Assembly (NCBI GenBank): GCA_965112735.1
Contig: OZ218953.1
Location: 62,001 to 126,000 of the forward strand
From: Phaeosaccion multiseriatum
Taxonomy: Eukaryota; Protista; Ochrophyta, other classes
DNA: 64,000 nucleotides
Direction: 5' to 3'
The notes beneath the pieces are model-generated. The model worked only from the letters and a program-made list of their open reading frames with translations, made no database searches and was not told the origin of the DNA. The translations under genes and the position numbers were made by a program. Position 1 is the first letter of the stretch. The number at the start of each line of letters is the position of its first letter. Shown here in pieces: positions 26,042 through 38,227 of the stretch.

Positions 26042-26969
26042 ATGGAGGAACTCGATGAGCTCATCCCCCATCCCGACGTCGAGGGGAGGCTGGACGTGAC
26101 CCACCGCGCGTGGGTGGAGCTGGACAATGTGCTGTGGACCTTTGGCAGGGAACTCAAGTACCTCAACGCGTCGTTCAATAACATCGAGTTCCTCCCGCCA
26201 GAGGTCGGCGACTTGATGCTGCTCGTGGAGCTGGACGTGTCTTGCAACAAGCTGTCAGAATTGCCTCCAGAGATCGGCAAGTTGACGCGGTTGAAAAAGA
26301 TCAAGGCGAACGGCAACTACATTAGGCACGTGCCCGCAGAGCTGGGGAGCTGCTTGATGCTCGAGGAAGTGTACTTGTCGGAGAACAAGCTCGAGGAGCT
26401 GCCCATGTCTCTCTCCAAGCTGCAGGTGGGTGGAGTGCTGCTTTCCCCCTCTGCCGCGGCAGTCAGCAGCAGCAGACAACTAATCCCTGCCTACGCCCTC
26501 TCGTCGCTCAGGGGTTGAGGGTCCTGTCCCTCCAGAACAACAACTTGCTAACCTTGCCGTGTGAGTTGGGGGTGATGCCCACCATCTCAGTACTGGACTG
26601 CACGGGGAACAACAACTTGGAAATGATTCCACCGAGTCTCCGAGGAGACACCAAGATGGTGGTATGGATCTGCCATCTGCACAAAGGCGAGTACGGGGAG
26701 TCGGAGGGGAGGGGGTGTCAGCAGTGGTGCTGACTAGTGTTTGCGTCTTCCCCGCAGAGTACCGCGACGAAATCGCCATGCTTGAGAGGCTCAATACCGC
26801 CCTGGAGGGCAAGACGCAGCGAGTGGAGGAGCAGCGGCTGCGGCTCAAGGAGGAGATGGAGCACCTCGAGTTCGAGAAGCGTCGCCTGCTCAAGGAGAGG
26901 CCCGCTGCCTACCTCGCCGCCAAGCGCAAGGTCGTGCACGCCGCGGGAAGCTGCTGCGTGTTGTGCTGA
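26042..26969 (+). CDS. Leucine-rich-repeat protein with C-terminal coiled coil and CaaX-type end (3 exons)
   Basis: Typical LRRs (LxxLxxSxNxLxxLPxEIG); GT intron from 26426, GC-AG intron 26687-26757; coiled coil ending AAGSCCVLC*. Confidence 0.85.
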
Positions 26970-26996
26970 ACACTTAGTATTGAAATAATTCAGTAA

Positions 26997-28993
26997 TTAC
27001 ACACTTGTCTCGTTCAGTGAAACGTCTTTTCCAAGGGCGTTTTGCCTGGCGGCGTCCCTGACGCGCTGCAGCGGCACTCCAAGGAGCAGCGCCACCGCCC
27101 TGCAGTCCTCAAACTCCGCCTTCGCCTTGACCACCTTCCCGTCCAACACGCCCAGCTTCACGGAGATGACGGGCACAGGGCTCTGGTAGGCAGGGCTCGG
27201 CTGCAGCAGGTCACTGGCGCGCAGCTGCACAGCGACTGTCCTCCTCTCCAAGGCGCATCTTCCCACCCGCCTGACGCGAACACCGAGCGTGGGGCTCTCT
27301 TCAAAGAGGAGGCGCAGAAGAGCGCTCTTGTCCTCTTGGCGATTGCGATGCAACACGTGGAGCGTCATCGCAGGCCTGCCCTTCTTCATCACGATGGGGG
27401 ACGTCCAGCAGTCCAGCGCTCCCTTTGCCAGAGCTTGCTCAACAAGCCAGGCCGCCGCCTCCCCAGTCATGTCATCAACGTTAGCCTCCAGCACCGAGAG
27501 CTCCTCCTCCTCCTCCCACTCGCTGGCACCAGCAGCAAAAGCAGGTGTAGTGCCAATGGTAGTTTTCGTCGTGGTCGTAGTCGTGGTCGTAGCAGCAGCA
27601 GCAGCGCCCTCCGCGGTGTCTCCAATGACGACCCGAAGGATGTTGGGGTGTTTTGCAAAGTCCTTGGTGCCCGCCCCGACGCCAACGGCTGCCGGGGTGA
27701 AGCAAGGCGACCGACCAAACTGGTCCTGGCATAGGACCTTGACAAGGGCGGCTCCTGTGGGGGTGACGAGCTCGCCAGACGCGCTCTTGGGACCAGGGCA
27801 CACGGGAATGCCCACAAGCAGGCGGAGGGTCGCAGGGGCTGGGACGGGCTGCGGGGAACACAAGGGCAGAGAGCAACATCAGGGTTAAGAGCAACAGCAG
27901 TGTGAGGCTGTGCGAGGGGCCTTGGGAAGGCATCACTCGAAGGAATCACTCGCGGTTGTTCCACCCACCATAATCCCGTGTGCACCAAAGACAGTCCCAC
28001 TGCTCATGGGCAGCGGCGAGCAGTGCAGCTGTTCCACCCCCAGCAGGTGCAAGGCGAGCACGCAGCCTGTCACGTCGACGATGCTGTCCACCGCTCCCAC
28101 CTCGTGGAAGTGCACTGAGTGAAGGAGAGGGAGGGAGGGAGGGAGGGAGGGAGGGAGGGAGGGGGTTAGTGAGTGAGTCAGTGAGTGAGTCAGTGAGTGA
28201 GACAGACAGGGGGAGAGTGAGTGAGTGAGTGAGTGAGTGAGTGAGTAAGTACATGGCTCGAGGTAGGGCTGGGAGACTGTCACTGCCGTAACTGCCCAGT
28301 CTTCTTACCCGCGCTCAGCGTGGTCCCGTGCGTTTCAGCTTCGGCTTGCCCCAGGGCCGTGAAGACGTCAATGGCCCTCTCCTTGACCACCTCCGGCAGC
28401 TTGGACTCTCTCAACAGCTCGCAAATTGAGTCCAAGTTCCGCAGAGGCTCCGAAAGCTTGCTTGTGGCTGGGGCTGGTGGTGGGTGGGGGGGCAGGGATG
28501 TGCTGTTCTTTTCCTCCTCTCCGACGGCAGACAAGTCGCTGTTCAAGCTTCGCGCCACTTGCCCCAGGCCCGTGGGCAAGGACTCTTCCTCCTTCTCGCC
28601 ATGGTGCTCCGGTCCAGCAGCAGCAGCAGGCGCTCCACTTTCCTCTTCCCCCTCGATGGCATGACTGTGGCTGTGACTGTGGTTATGGCTGTGGCTATGG
28701 CTGTGGCCGTGGTCATGGCTATGGTCGTGGCTATGCTGATGGTCATCTTCGTCCGAAGGCACTGGCGCTGGTTGATGATTGTATCTGCTCTTTACAATTA
28801 CTGACAAGGCTGCTATCCTGCCCATACTCTTGTGCACCCGGCGAACCTCCAAGCTGAACTCGTCCTTGATGGGCAGAGTCTTAAGCCCCTCTAACACATC
28901 GGCTAGCAGCCCTTCTCCGCCTACGTCAAGCAAACCGCCGAGCAGCATGTCCCCGGCCACACCACTGAAGGCATCAACGAAGGCGATCCTCAT
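26997..28993 (-). CDS. larC: LarC nickel-pincer nucleotide (NPN) cofactor nickel insertase (DUF111), spliced, 3 exons
   Basis: Exons 28993-28309, 28114-27969, 27848-26997 with GT-AG borders give [23 protein letters not shown], His-rich tract, [92 protein letters not shown], i.e. the recognisable LarC blocks. Confidence 0.93.
28125..28246. repeat. (GGGA)n/(GAGT)n microsatellites in larC intron 1
   Basis: Tetranucleotide tandem runs visible in the sequence. Confidence 0.85.
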
Positions 28994-30958
28994 CGTCCCA
29001 CACCCAAGAGCAGCAGCAGCAGCAGTAGGAGAGACTGTACGGTGAGGAGAGCAACAGAAGGGAATTACATCCCGCGTAATGATGAGAAAACCAGAGGAGA
29101 GGAGAGGAGAGGAAGGAAGGGCGGCAAGGGGAAGGGGAGGGAGGGCAAGAGCAGAGAGCACAGAGTGTCAGACTCTCCACCGCCGGGCGCGAGATTGACC
29201 CGCTTGAACGACCTCCAGCCTTCCCCAAAAGTTGCACACTTCGAGAGACCCTCCAAGACAATCTTCGCACACGTCCGCTGACGCCAATCCTCACACGCGG
29301 GTTGCTGCGGTGCCGGCAAAGAGCCCCTCGCTCGGAGGCTCTTGCCACACCTTCCCCACGCAGCACGTTGAGCTGAGCCCTTTTCGCCCTGCTGTGGAGC
29401 CGGTTTCCAACTTGCATCTCCGAACAACATCCCAAAGGCATTGTGGAACCCAGCACATGCCCGCCCCGACGTGAAACCCCTCTCCTAGAGCACCATGGCA
29501 AGAGGCCAAAAGCCAAAGCCCGGTTATCGGGAAAATGCCCCTTCTTGGCGAGGTGAGTAGAGCACGTACATGCCTGCCGTTGGGCAACTTTCTATGCTTA
29601 ACCTACTCCTTCAGGTGGCTCGTCCCCCCAATTTGGCCCATGGGCCTGCCGCGGGGGGCCCAAAGCAGATATCCACCCTCGCCTCCGATCTCTCTTGAGC
29701 AAACGAAAGTGTACACCAGGGAAGCACCTTTCCGTCGTCAAGCGCAGTCCCCAACTGACCTTTATGGGGGTAGATTGCACTCCAGCAGCTTCGGTGTCCC
29801 TGCGCGGTCTGGGCGTATATGGCGCCGTCCCGAAGGCCCCTCCTGATGCTGGGAAACGGGAAAAAGAGGTCAAAAAAATAAAAAAATAAATGAGTCATTT
29901 TCGTCCACCGTCTCCCCCCTCAGGCAACATCTACACCAGCCTCCCTCAGCAGTACCCAGGCTTCACCCCCCCCAACGGTCAGGCTGTGCGACCGTAGCCG
30001 CCGAGGAGGCCTAGCAGGCTTCACATGCCCCAACAAAGGCCCTGCACGGCCCCCTCTCCAAATCCACCCCACCTGCTCCCTTTTCCGCCGATTTCTCCAG
30101 AAGCTTGCTTTCCTCCGACACGGAAAGCTGCAGTACCCCGAGAAACAGGTCTACTAGGCGCCCGGAGGTTCTTATCTCGCCGTTTATTTCGTCTTTTTTC
30201 TCCCCTTCCAGCCCTTCAAGAGATCTGTGATTTGGATAACCAACCGTCTCACCAAGGGCTACGTCCTTGCCCAGCCTCCGGCGCCTTATTTAAACGCACA
30301 CACACACACGACATACACACGACACAATTACGTAATGCGTAGGTTGATTCCCGTAAGCAAATGCATTTCTCTCCCCTCTCCCCTCTGATCCCCATCTCTC
30401 TCGTCTACAGCATAAGTGCGGCCAGACACTGCTAGAGGCTGCTAGAGACTATCGGATTCTTACTATTGTGAGCCCTGGAGCGATCGATCGGTCCAACGTC
30501 ATAAACTGGAACTGAAACGCACCATCATCCCCCCTCTGCAGACAAGACGGCCCATGCATAGTCTGTGTCGGGGCGGTGGGGCATGGCCCCACTTCACAGC
30601 CTGATATACATTTATCTATGCTTTTAATAACATGTCAGCGATGAACTCGATCAAGAGTACGGAAGAAAGTGCGGAAAGGCCCGTGGCCCACCGTGGCTTC
30701 AGTGGCTGGCCTGTGAGAGTATTCAATGCACGCTTTGGCCTGTCAGTCCCTCTGGGGGAGAGGGGCAGCTGTCCAACAGCATCGAAACAGCAGCCAGGTG
30801 AGAGGTGAGCTGTCCAACAACAGCCAGGTCAGAGGTGACGGGCCGCTCAGCCCGCAGTCGCCATCTTTGGGAAGACGGGGGGTGCTGACTGCCTTGAGAT
30901 GGAGACGGGCATGAGCCATTGCCGCACTCAGTCCTCTGACGAAGAAGGGGTGCTCGGC

Positions 30959-31729
30959 TCATTTTCCTCGCCGGGCGCTTTGGCGAGCTTCATCTCTCAT
31001 CATCAGCATGAACACTGTTGGAGAAGAGATCGGGAGGGGGTACGAAGCGGTCGGGTAAGTCGTGCCTTGCTTTGTAACCATAACCAGTCCGCCAAGTGCG
31101 TGGCGTGCACCACTGGCCTGCAACAGCAAAGCCCAGATCCAAATCTCACCGTCAAAATCCGCGGTGGCCGACATGATTTGCCCGAAAATGGCCTGTGATG
31201 GGAGGTGGGAGGTGGGAGGGGGGGGGGTGAGAGGGGTGAGATGGCCCTTTGCCATCACGGTAACGTGTAAGGTAGGGGGAGAGAGATTGAGCAGAGGGGG
31301 GATGAGGCTCCGCACCTTCTCGTCCATGGGGTCCCGGTCCGCCGCCTCTCGGATCTCGTCGTAGAAGTCGTGTACGGTGGCTCCCTGCTCCTCTATGAAG
31401 GCGGTGAGCTCCTGCTCCATGAGGTCCTGGTACTGCTTGTGGAGCTGTGTGTAAACAAGTTTGTTCTCACCATCTTCATCCTCTGTGGACACTTGGTGCA
31501 CATGCCTTTGGACGAAGTCCTCGAACAAGCCAAAGAACTCTTCGTTCTCGTAGAAAAACTCTTGTACCTGTGAGGGGTGGAGGTAGGGTTGGAGGTAAGG
31601 TTGAGATTGGTTGCGAATCCTCTTTCTGCTCCTGCGCAGCCAATCCTTTTTCTCTCGTACCTTCTTTACGAGTCCCTCCCTCCCCTGCTGCTTACTCTCC
31701 CCTTCTTTACCTTCCCCTTTCTCTTCCAT
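30959..31729 (-). CDS. BART-domain protein (ARL2BP/CFAP36-like), multi-exon
   Basis: FEDFVQRH..GENKLVYTQLHKQYQDLMEQELTAFIEEQG..DFY..QIMSATADFD|VFMLMMR matches the BART domain pattern (ExKLxYTxLHxxYxxLxE, DFxxFxxMM). Confidence 0.8.
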   Translation of the reverse strand: MEEKGEGKEGESKQQGREGLVKKVREKKDWLRRSRKRIRNQSQPYLQPYLHPSQVQEFFYENEEFFGLFEDFVQRHVHQVSTEDEDGENKLVYTQLHKQYQDLMEQELTAFIEEQGATVHDFYDEIREAADRDPMDEKVRSLIPPLLNLSPPTLHVTVMAKGHLTPLTPPPPTSHLPSQAIFGQIMSATADFDGEIWIWALLLQASGARHALGGLVMVTKQGTTYPTASYPLPISSPTVFMLMMRDEARQSARRGK

Positions 31730-31937
31730 TTGTCTTTTTCTCCCCTCCCCTCCAACACCAGCGGCAGCAGATGCGTTGGTGATCCAAGTATTGTTCACAG
31801 TGGGCGTAACGGTTTAGATTTTTTCTTTTTTTTTCTGTTCTTTTTTTGAATTGTAAACTAAAATAATACACGTAAAGGGTAATATGAGAAGAGGACGAAA
31901 AGAGGAGGGGTAGAGCCATGTCCTTATCCCCTTTGTG

Positions 31938-34471
31938 TTATTTGCAATCGAAGCTTGTGAGTGTGATGGCGAAGGCTTGGAGCGGTGTGAGGGGGTGGCA
32001 GAAGTCCATTGTGAACGAGTCCGCCTGGCAAGGAGTGAGTGGGGGGGGGGGGGTTGTGAGTGGAGCGCTCAACGCGTACGTCTAAGGGGGGGCTTGAACT
32101 CACGTCTATCTTGCCGAACTGCAGCATGATCTTCTCGTCCGAGTCATTCTGATCCACGAGCTGGAAGTTCTTCACCGAGGGCTGAGGGCGGGGGGGGGGG
32201 GGGGCACCAGGCATATGGGCAGACACACGGTCAGGCATAAGGGTAGACAGGCAGGCAGGCAGGCAGACAGCGTGTGGAGCTGTGCTGCGCGGCCAATTCC
32301 CCTCACGAGAGGCGGGAAGGAAGGAAGGCGGAGCTCCTCACCTGCGTCACGCGCCCGTGGAAGTTCAGCACGAAGGCCTCCACCTTGGGGTTCCAGCGCG
32401 GCTTGCGGTTCACGAGACGTACATACTCGCCTGTCAGACTACCACGCTTCAGCCGAGACAAGAGGGACGCCTAACAGGGTAAGGGAGGGGAGGGGAGGGG
32501 AGGGGAGGGGAGGGGAGGGGAGGGGCGGGGAGGGGAGGGGAGGGGAGGAGGGCGTGCAGCGACGGACTCGGCATCAGGCCTCGCTAATTTGGCGCAGGGG
32601 GGGGGGAGCTCCTTCTCAAGAAACTCTCAATCCCCACCCTCAACTCCACCCTTCTCTCTCCCCTCGTTTTTCTCTCTTTCTCTCTCCTCCCCTCTCTCTC
32701 CTTCCCTCTTTCTCTCTCTCCCTCTGCGTCTTTCTCCCTCTTCATCCCTGTCTGTCTTCTGTCTCTCTCTCTGTATCTATCTCTCTGTCCTCTCCTTCAC
32801 TCTCTCACCTGCTCTTGCGCCGGCTGCTCGCACAAACGATGTCGAACCGAACACGCAGAGAGAGGGGGCGGGCGGGGGGGGGGGGGTCAGGACTTTGCCG
32901 CAGTAGAGAGAGAAGGGAGTCAGAACTCAGAGAGGGGGGGGGGGAGAGAGTCAGGACTCATGGAAGGGGAGGGGGGGAGAGGGTCAGTCCTCCGCCACAA
33001 GCGCCTTGCCCCGTGGGCGGGCAATGCGTAAAGACTCCTCATCACCAGCCCCCCTCACCAGCTTGTTGAGCGGGTCTGCGAGGCAAGCCCTCATGCATCG
33101 CGGCGAGTCCTCATCAGCCGACCGCTCCGGGGCATAGTACACGGCACAAAGCTCTCTGCGCACAGAGGGGGTCGCTGGGTTGGAGAAGGCACGGAACTCC
33201 GACCGCTTCTTGTCCACGCTGCGCAGCTCACCCACGGAGGCTAAGGGGAAGCCGAGCGGGGGACAGCGGGGGACAGAGGAGCGGGCGGACTCGTTGAGCT
33301 TAGGGTTAGGGAAGTGGGGTGCAAACAAGACAGGGCACGGCAGCTGTGAGCAACAAGAGCGAAACTCACTTGCGCTGTCTTCGTCCATGTCCCCCTCGGC
33401 CTGAGTGATGCAATACGCGGAGGCGGAGACCTTGCCCTTGCCCTTGCCGTCCTTCTTCTTGGCGAAGAGCATTTTGCGGTCAGGGTCCTGCCCCTTACCC
33501 TCCAGAAACAAAGTGTAACCCACACCCGCTCCCCCGCGCAGCCTGGACATGGTGGATTTCCTTCTTCGGATGAAGCACTTGACGGTGCCCGCCTGCCTGG
33601 CCACGGGCAAGGCAAGGAAGGACGGCATGTCCGCGTCCATCAAAGGGTACAGCACCTAGAGAGGAGTTGGTGATACAGAGCATAAGCACAGCACAGCACA
33701 GCAGAGGAGGGACAACCGGGGGGAGACACCCGAGGGGGGGTCAGGCGCTGGCCCACGGGTACATTACCGCCAGCAGGCAGCAGCAGCAGCAGTTGGTGAT
33801 ACAGCACTTGGTGGTACAGCACGGCCCGTCTCACCTGAGGGTCGTAGGCGAGGAAGCTGTTCCTCCTCCGCTGGCGGGGACTGCCGAGCTTGCTCCGCTT
33901 GTCCTCTCTCTGTCCCGAGGGATTGCCTCCCCCACCCTGCCCGTCACCCTGCCCGTCCGCTCTGTGGCCCGCCGCCTTGCCCCCCCCTTCCCCTTCCCCT
34001 TCCCCTCCCCCCCCTCCGCCCATGTCAGCGCTTTGGCCGTACCCAACGCGGAGGTGCGTCTGGTGTGCGCGTGTGTCACTGCGAGCGTGTCCCACGCCCC
34101 TCTCCTTCCTCTCCTCCTCCTCCTCCTCCTCCTCCTCCTCTCCGTCCTCTCTATCAAAGTCAAACTCGTCTGAGTCGTCCTCGAACACGGTCTCTCTGAC
34201 GGAGGCGCGGAGCTCCCCCTCCCCCCCTGGGTTCCCCTGTCGCAACTCGTTGCCAACGGACGGAGAGTGAAACTGAGACGGAGGGGATGGAGATGGCGTT
34301 GGGTCTCGGCTGTCGATGAGCACGGCGCTCTTGCCGAAGGGGCTAGTGTTCTCTCTTCGCTCCTGCTCCTGCTTGAGGGCGTCCTCCCCCGCGGACTCGC
34401 TGAACAGAAAAGCCTCTTCCGCCTCCGCGGCCATCGCTAGTGACGCTCGCTCTTCCTTCAGTCTCTGCTCC

Positions 34472-34507
<36 letters not shown>

Positions 34508-37500
34508 ACTGCTTGCTCTTCCCTCTGTCTCTCCGCCTCCGCCGCTATCCTCCTCTCCTCCTCCGCCGCCGCTCTTCTTCTCTCCTCCTCCTCCTCGTCA
34601 CGCCGCCTCTTGTCCTCTCTCCTCCTCGCCACCTCCCGCCGGGCTGCAAACGATCTCACGAGCACCTGCGGCAACAATGCGAGGGGAAGCACAAACATGA
34701 GGGGGGGTGGGGCTTTCCCCGGGGTTCCCGAGGAACGAAGGGCGTCATGGGCGTGATGGGCAAGACGAATGAATCACCTGCATGGCGAGGGCAGCTCTCT
34801 TCATCCTTCCCATGCGGTGCCGCCCCTGCACAGCCCGAGTCAGCGCCTGCAGAGACGAGAGGCACGACACAGAGAGGCACGAGCAGGGGGTTAAGACAGA
34901 CAAGGCTCAGGCCGAAGGGCGGACAAGCACAACACACGCACACACACCTGGATTCGCACGACGGCCTCTTTCTTTCTCTTGAAGAGCTGCCTTGCCAAGT
35001 GGCCCTGCAGCACCTTCTGCACGAGCCTGGCCTTGCTAGCGAGGAGCTGCCCTCTCCGCTCCTCCAGGCTCTCTAGCACGCCGCCTCGGAAATACACCCT
35101 CGACGTGCCGACGCACACGTCAGACCCCGCGCCCTTGCCGGAGCCCTTGGCAGTGCTGAGCAAGCGCTGGAGGATGGCCTGGCACTCCTTGGGCCCGGCA
35201 CCGCTGGAGGGCCTCTTGCCGGCCTGCCCCGCTTCATGCCCCGCTTCATGCCCCGCTTCATGGGCGAGGGCGTGGAAGCGAAACACAAAGACGTCGAAGG
35301 GTAAACGGTTGGGGAACGCCGCGCGGGAGATGCGGATGGCTTCGATGACTCCCGCACACCGCAGCTGCTCCACCATCATCGGGTTGTCCATCAGTGCGCT
35401 GCTCTTGCAAGAGTTGGGCTTGAGGCAGCGCACGTACTGCACCTCCGTCTGCTGCACAGCTGCCATGAGGGCCGACAGCTGCCTCTTGAACTTGCTTGAC
35501 ACGCTCTCCTGCACCAGAGACTTGCCCCGCCCCCGGGGGGAAGGACCAGCTCCTCCTCCTCCTCCTCCGCCCGCCGCCGCCGCCGCTGTTGCTGCTGCTG
35601 CTGAGCCCCCTCCAAAGAAGGCCTTTCTTCCGCTCCCACCTGCTGTCGGCACGAGCGTGCGTCACTGTCAGTGTCTGAACCTTACCCTCACCCTCACGCT
35701 GCCCCTGACTCTCTGACCCTCTGACCTTCACCCTCACGCCCCTCGCCGCGCGCACTCACCCATGGCGAGCACTTTCGGCGTCTGATTGATGCCGTGCGGC
35801 TCCGACGTTTTGCAGAAGATGCGCTGGACGAGGGGCCTCGTGCTTCCCTCGAGCAGGCCCGTGAGGTCGGCGTACAACGTGTCTTTGTTCTTCTCCAAGA
35901 AGCCCGAGCTGTCGTACGTCACCACGCCCTGGAGGGTGGGGAAGGAGGACATATCCGTCGAGTGAGGACATGTGGCAATAAGGCAACAACATATCTCCCT
36001 CCACTCCTCTCTCCCTCCACTCCTCTCTCACTCCTCTTCCCTCTCCCTCCACACCCCTCTCCCTCCACTCCTCTCTCCCTCCACTCCTCTCTCCCTCCAC
36101 TTCTGCCCCCTCACACTGCACACACCGCGTAATGCTTGATGGCAAAGACGGTGCCGCCCCCCCCCCCCGACGAGCGCTTGTCGGCCACGAAATACGAATT
36201 AGTGCCGTGCGCTTTGTGCAGCTTGGAGGTGAAGCTCTCGTCGGAGGAGCGCGGCAACATGCCCTGCTCGTTGAGGATTGCGAGCACCCCGGTGTGGCTG
36301 AGGAGGGGTGGCGGGGAGGGGCAAGGCAAGCGGGCGGGGAGGGGCGGGCGGTGGAGGAAGGGTTGTTACCTTTCTGTGCAAGCGTGCGCACGAGGCGACA
36401 CAAGCGACGACTAAGGCTTTGCTGACATACGACTAAGGCTTTGCTGACATGTGGCTCTGGCCAGACCACTCACTTGGCCTCGATGAGCAGGAGGATGTCG
36501 GCGTTGTCTTTGAAGTCAATGTCTGCCCACGCCAGGCCCTCGGAGCGGTACTCCTCTTGGACAGACGAGAAAGTGTCCGAGCAGAACTTCTGCTGCAGCT
36601 TCTCGTTGGCGTAGTTGATGCACAGCTGAGGGGGGAGGCAGTCAGCACTTGGGCTCAGGAGATTCCGCGACAGAAGGCAAGGCAATAGCCGTGGGGGGGG
36701 GGGGGGGGGGGGGCAGTCGACGCACGTACTCGAAGAAGCTATTGAAGAAGAAGCTAGTGGTGAGAAGGGTACACATACACGCACGCACGCACGCACACAC
36801 ACAACTTGACTGCCTTACTGCCTTGTGTCTTACCTGCTCGAAGCTGTTGGTGAGGAAGCTCTCGAAGCCGAAGATGTCGAGCAAGCTGATGGTGCCGTGC
36901 ACGTCGCTCTGAGTCCCGTGCGCCGTGCTCTCATTGATCCTGTCCACGAGCCAGCTGAACAGGCGGAAGTAAAGCTCCTTGGCCAGCCCGTCCCGTCCGT
37001 TGATCGCCACGTGCGGGGCCAGCGGCACGGAGAAGGTCTCGTGCTGAGTGGCCATGCTGCGGTGGCACAGCGCCTTGCGGAGAGCGTCCTCTCCGATGCC
37101 CAGCACCTGCACACGTGCATGCAGCGGAGGAGCGTCAAGGTGCGTCCATTGAATTCATTCCAAATCTCTCTCTGTCCATTGAATTGATTCCAAATCTCTC
37201 TCTGTCACTCTCTGCCACTCTCTGCCACCCACGCACCTGGGCCGGCTTGACCAGCGCCGCTCCGTCCTGTACCCTGGAGCCCTCTTGCCCGCCCTCCGCC
37301 TCGGCCGCCTCAAGCCCCACCGTCCCGAGCAGGAGCACCCCCGCCAGGCCCAGGAACATGTCCTCCACAGTGCCGCAGTCAAGCCCGATGGAGTACAGCG
37401 CAGATAGCGTCAGCTGCGGGAGGTTTCGATGGAGTTGGGGGCGGGGGTCAGGGAGGCGACATTGTTTTGTGTTGGTCCAATGCCCATGCCCATATGCCCT

Positions 37501-38193
37501 GCTGCTGCTTCTCACCTGAAACCTCTCGGCGTCACTCTTTCCTTCGATGACATACGTCTCGTCCCCGCCCACCCCTGTGGCGGCGAAGTCCGTCCGAGTC
37601 TTACCGCCCACCCCCCAGCGCTCCTTCTCCTTGTCGGGGGCGGCGAGGAGCTGAGTAGGGCGAGGGCGAGCCGCAGAACAGAGGCGCAGCAGTGAATGAG
37701 GGGGATGAGTGGGGGAGCGAGGGGGAAGCGAAGAGCGGCCGAAGGTTGCGGTTGAGCTTGAAGGGGTTGGTTGGGCAAGGAGGCATAGACCCGGCAAGCA
37801 GCCCTCTTTATCATTTCTTCTCTCCTCCTCTCCTTCCGTCCTCCCTCCCCCTTCCTTCCTTCCTCCCTCCCTCACCTGGTAGAATATGTGGTATCCTCTC
37901 TCGCCCGGGCTGTGCGTCGCCACGCGCACCTTCTCGAGCAGGTAGGTGTTGATTGTGGAGCCGAGCAGCTTGCCCGTGCCTGGCATGCACAGAGGGGAAG
38001 GGGGGAGGGGAGGGAGGAGGGAGGGTTGCCATTAGGCCGAAGTTGCTTCTTGCGGCCTCAATGGCGTGCCCTCTCTCACCGCTGAACTGCAACTCCGTGA
38101 ACTTCCCAAAGCGCGAGCTGTTGTCATTCCTCACTGTCTTGGCGTTTCCAAATGCCTCGAGCAGCGGGTGCGTGATAACCACCCTTTCGGTCA

Positions 38194-38227
<34 letters not shown>

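Noticed and set aside
26997-28993. Bacterial contamination or a recent bacterial insert as the source of larC
   Set aside because: The gene has spliceosomal introns, host-like repeats and composition, and eukaryotic neighbours.
29000-30950. Possible gene or transposon in the ~2-kb gap between larC and the BART gene
   Set aside because: Only short ORFs without motifs; no terminal repeats or transposase/RT signatures seen.
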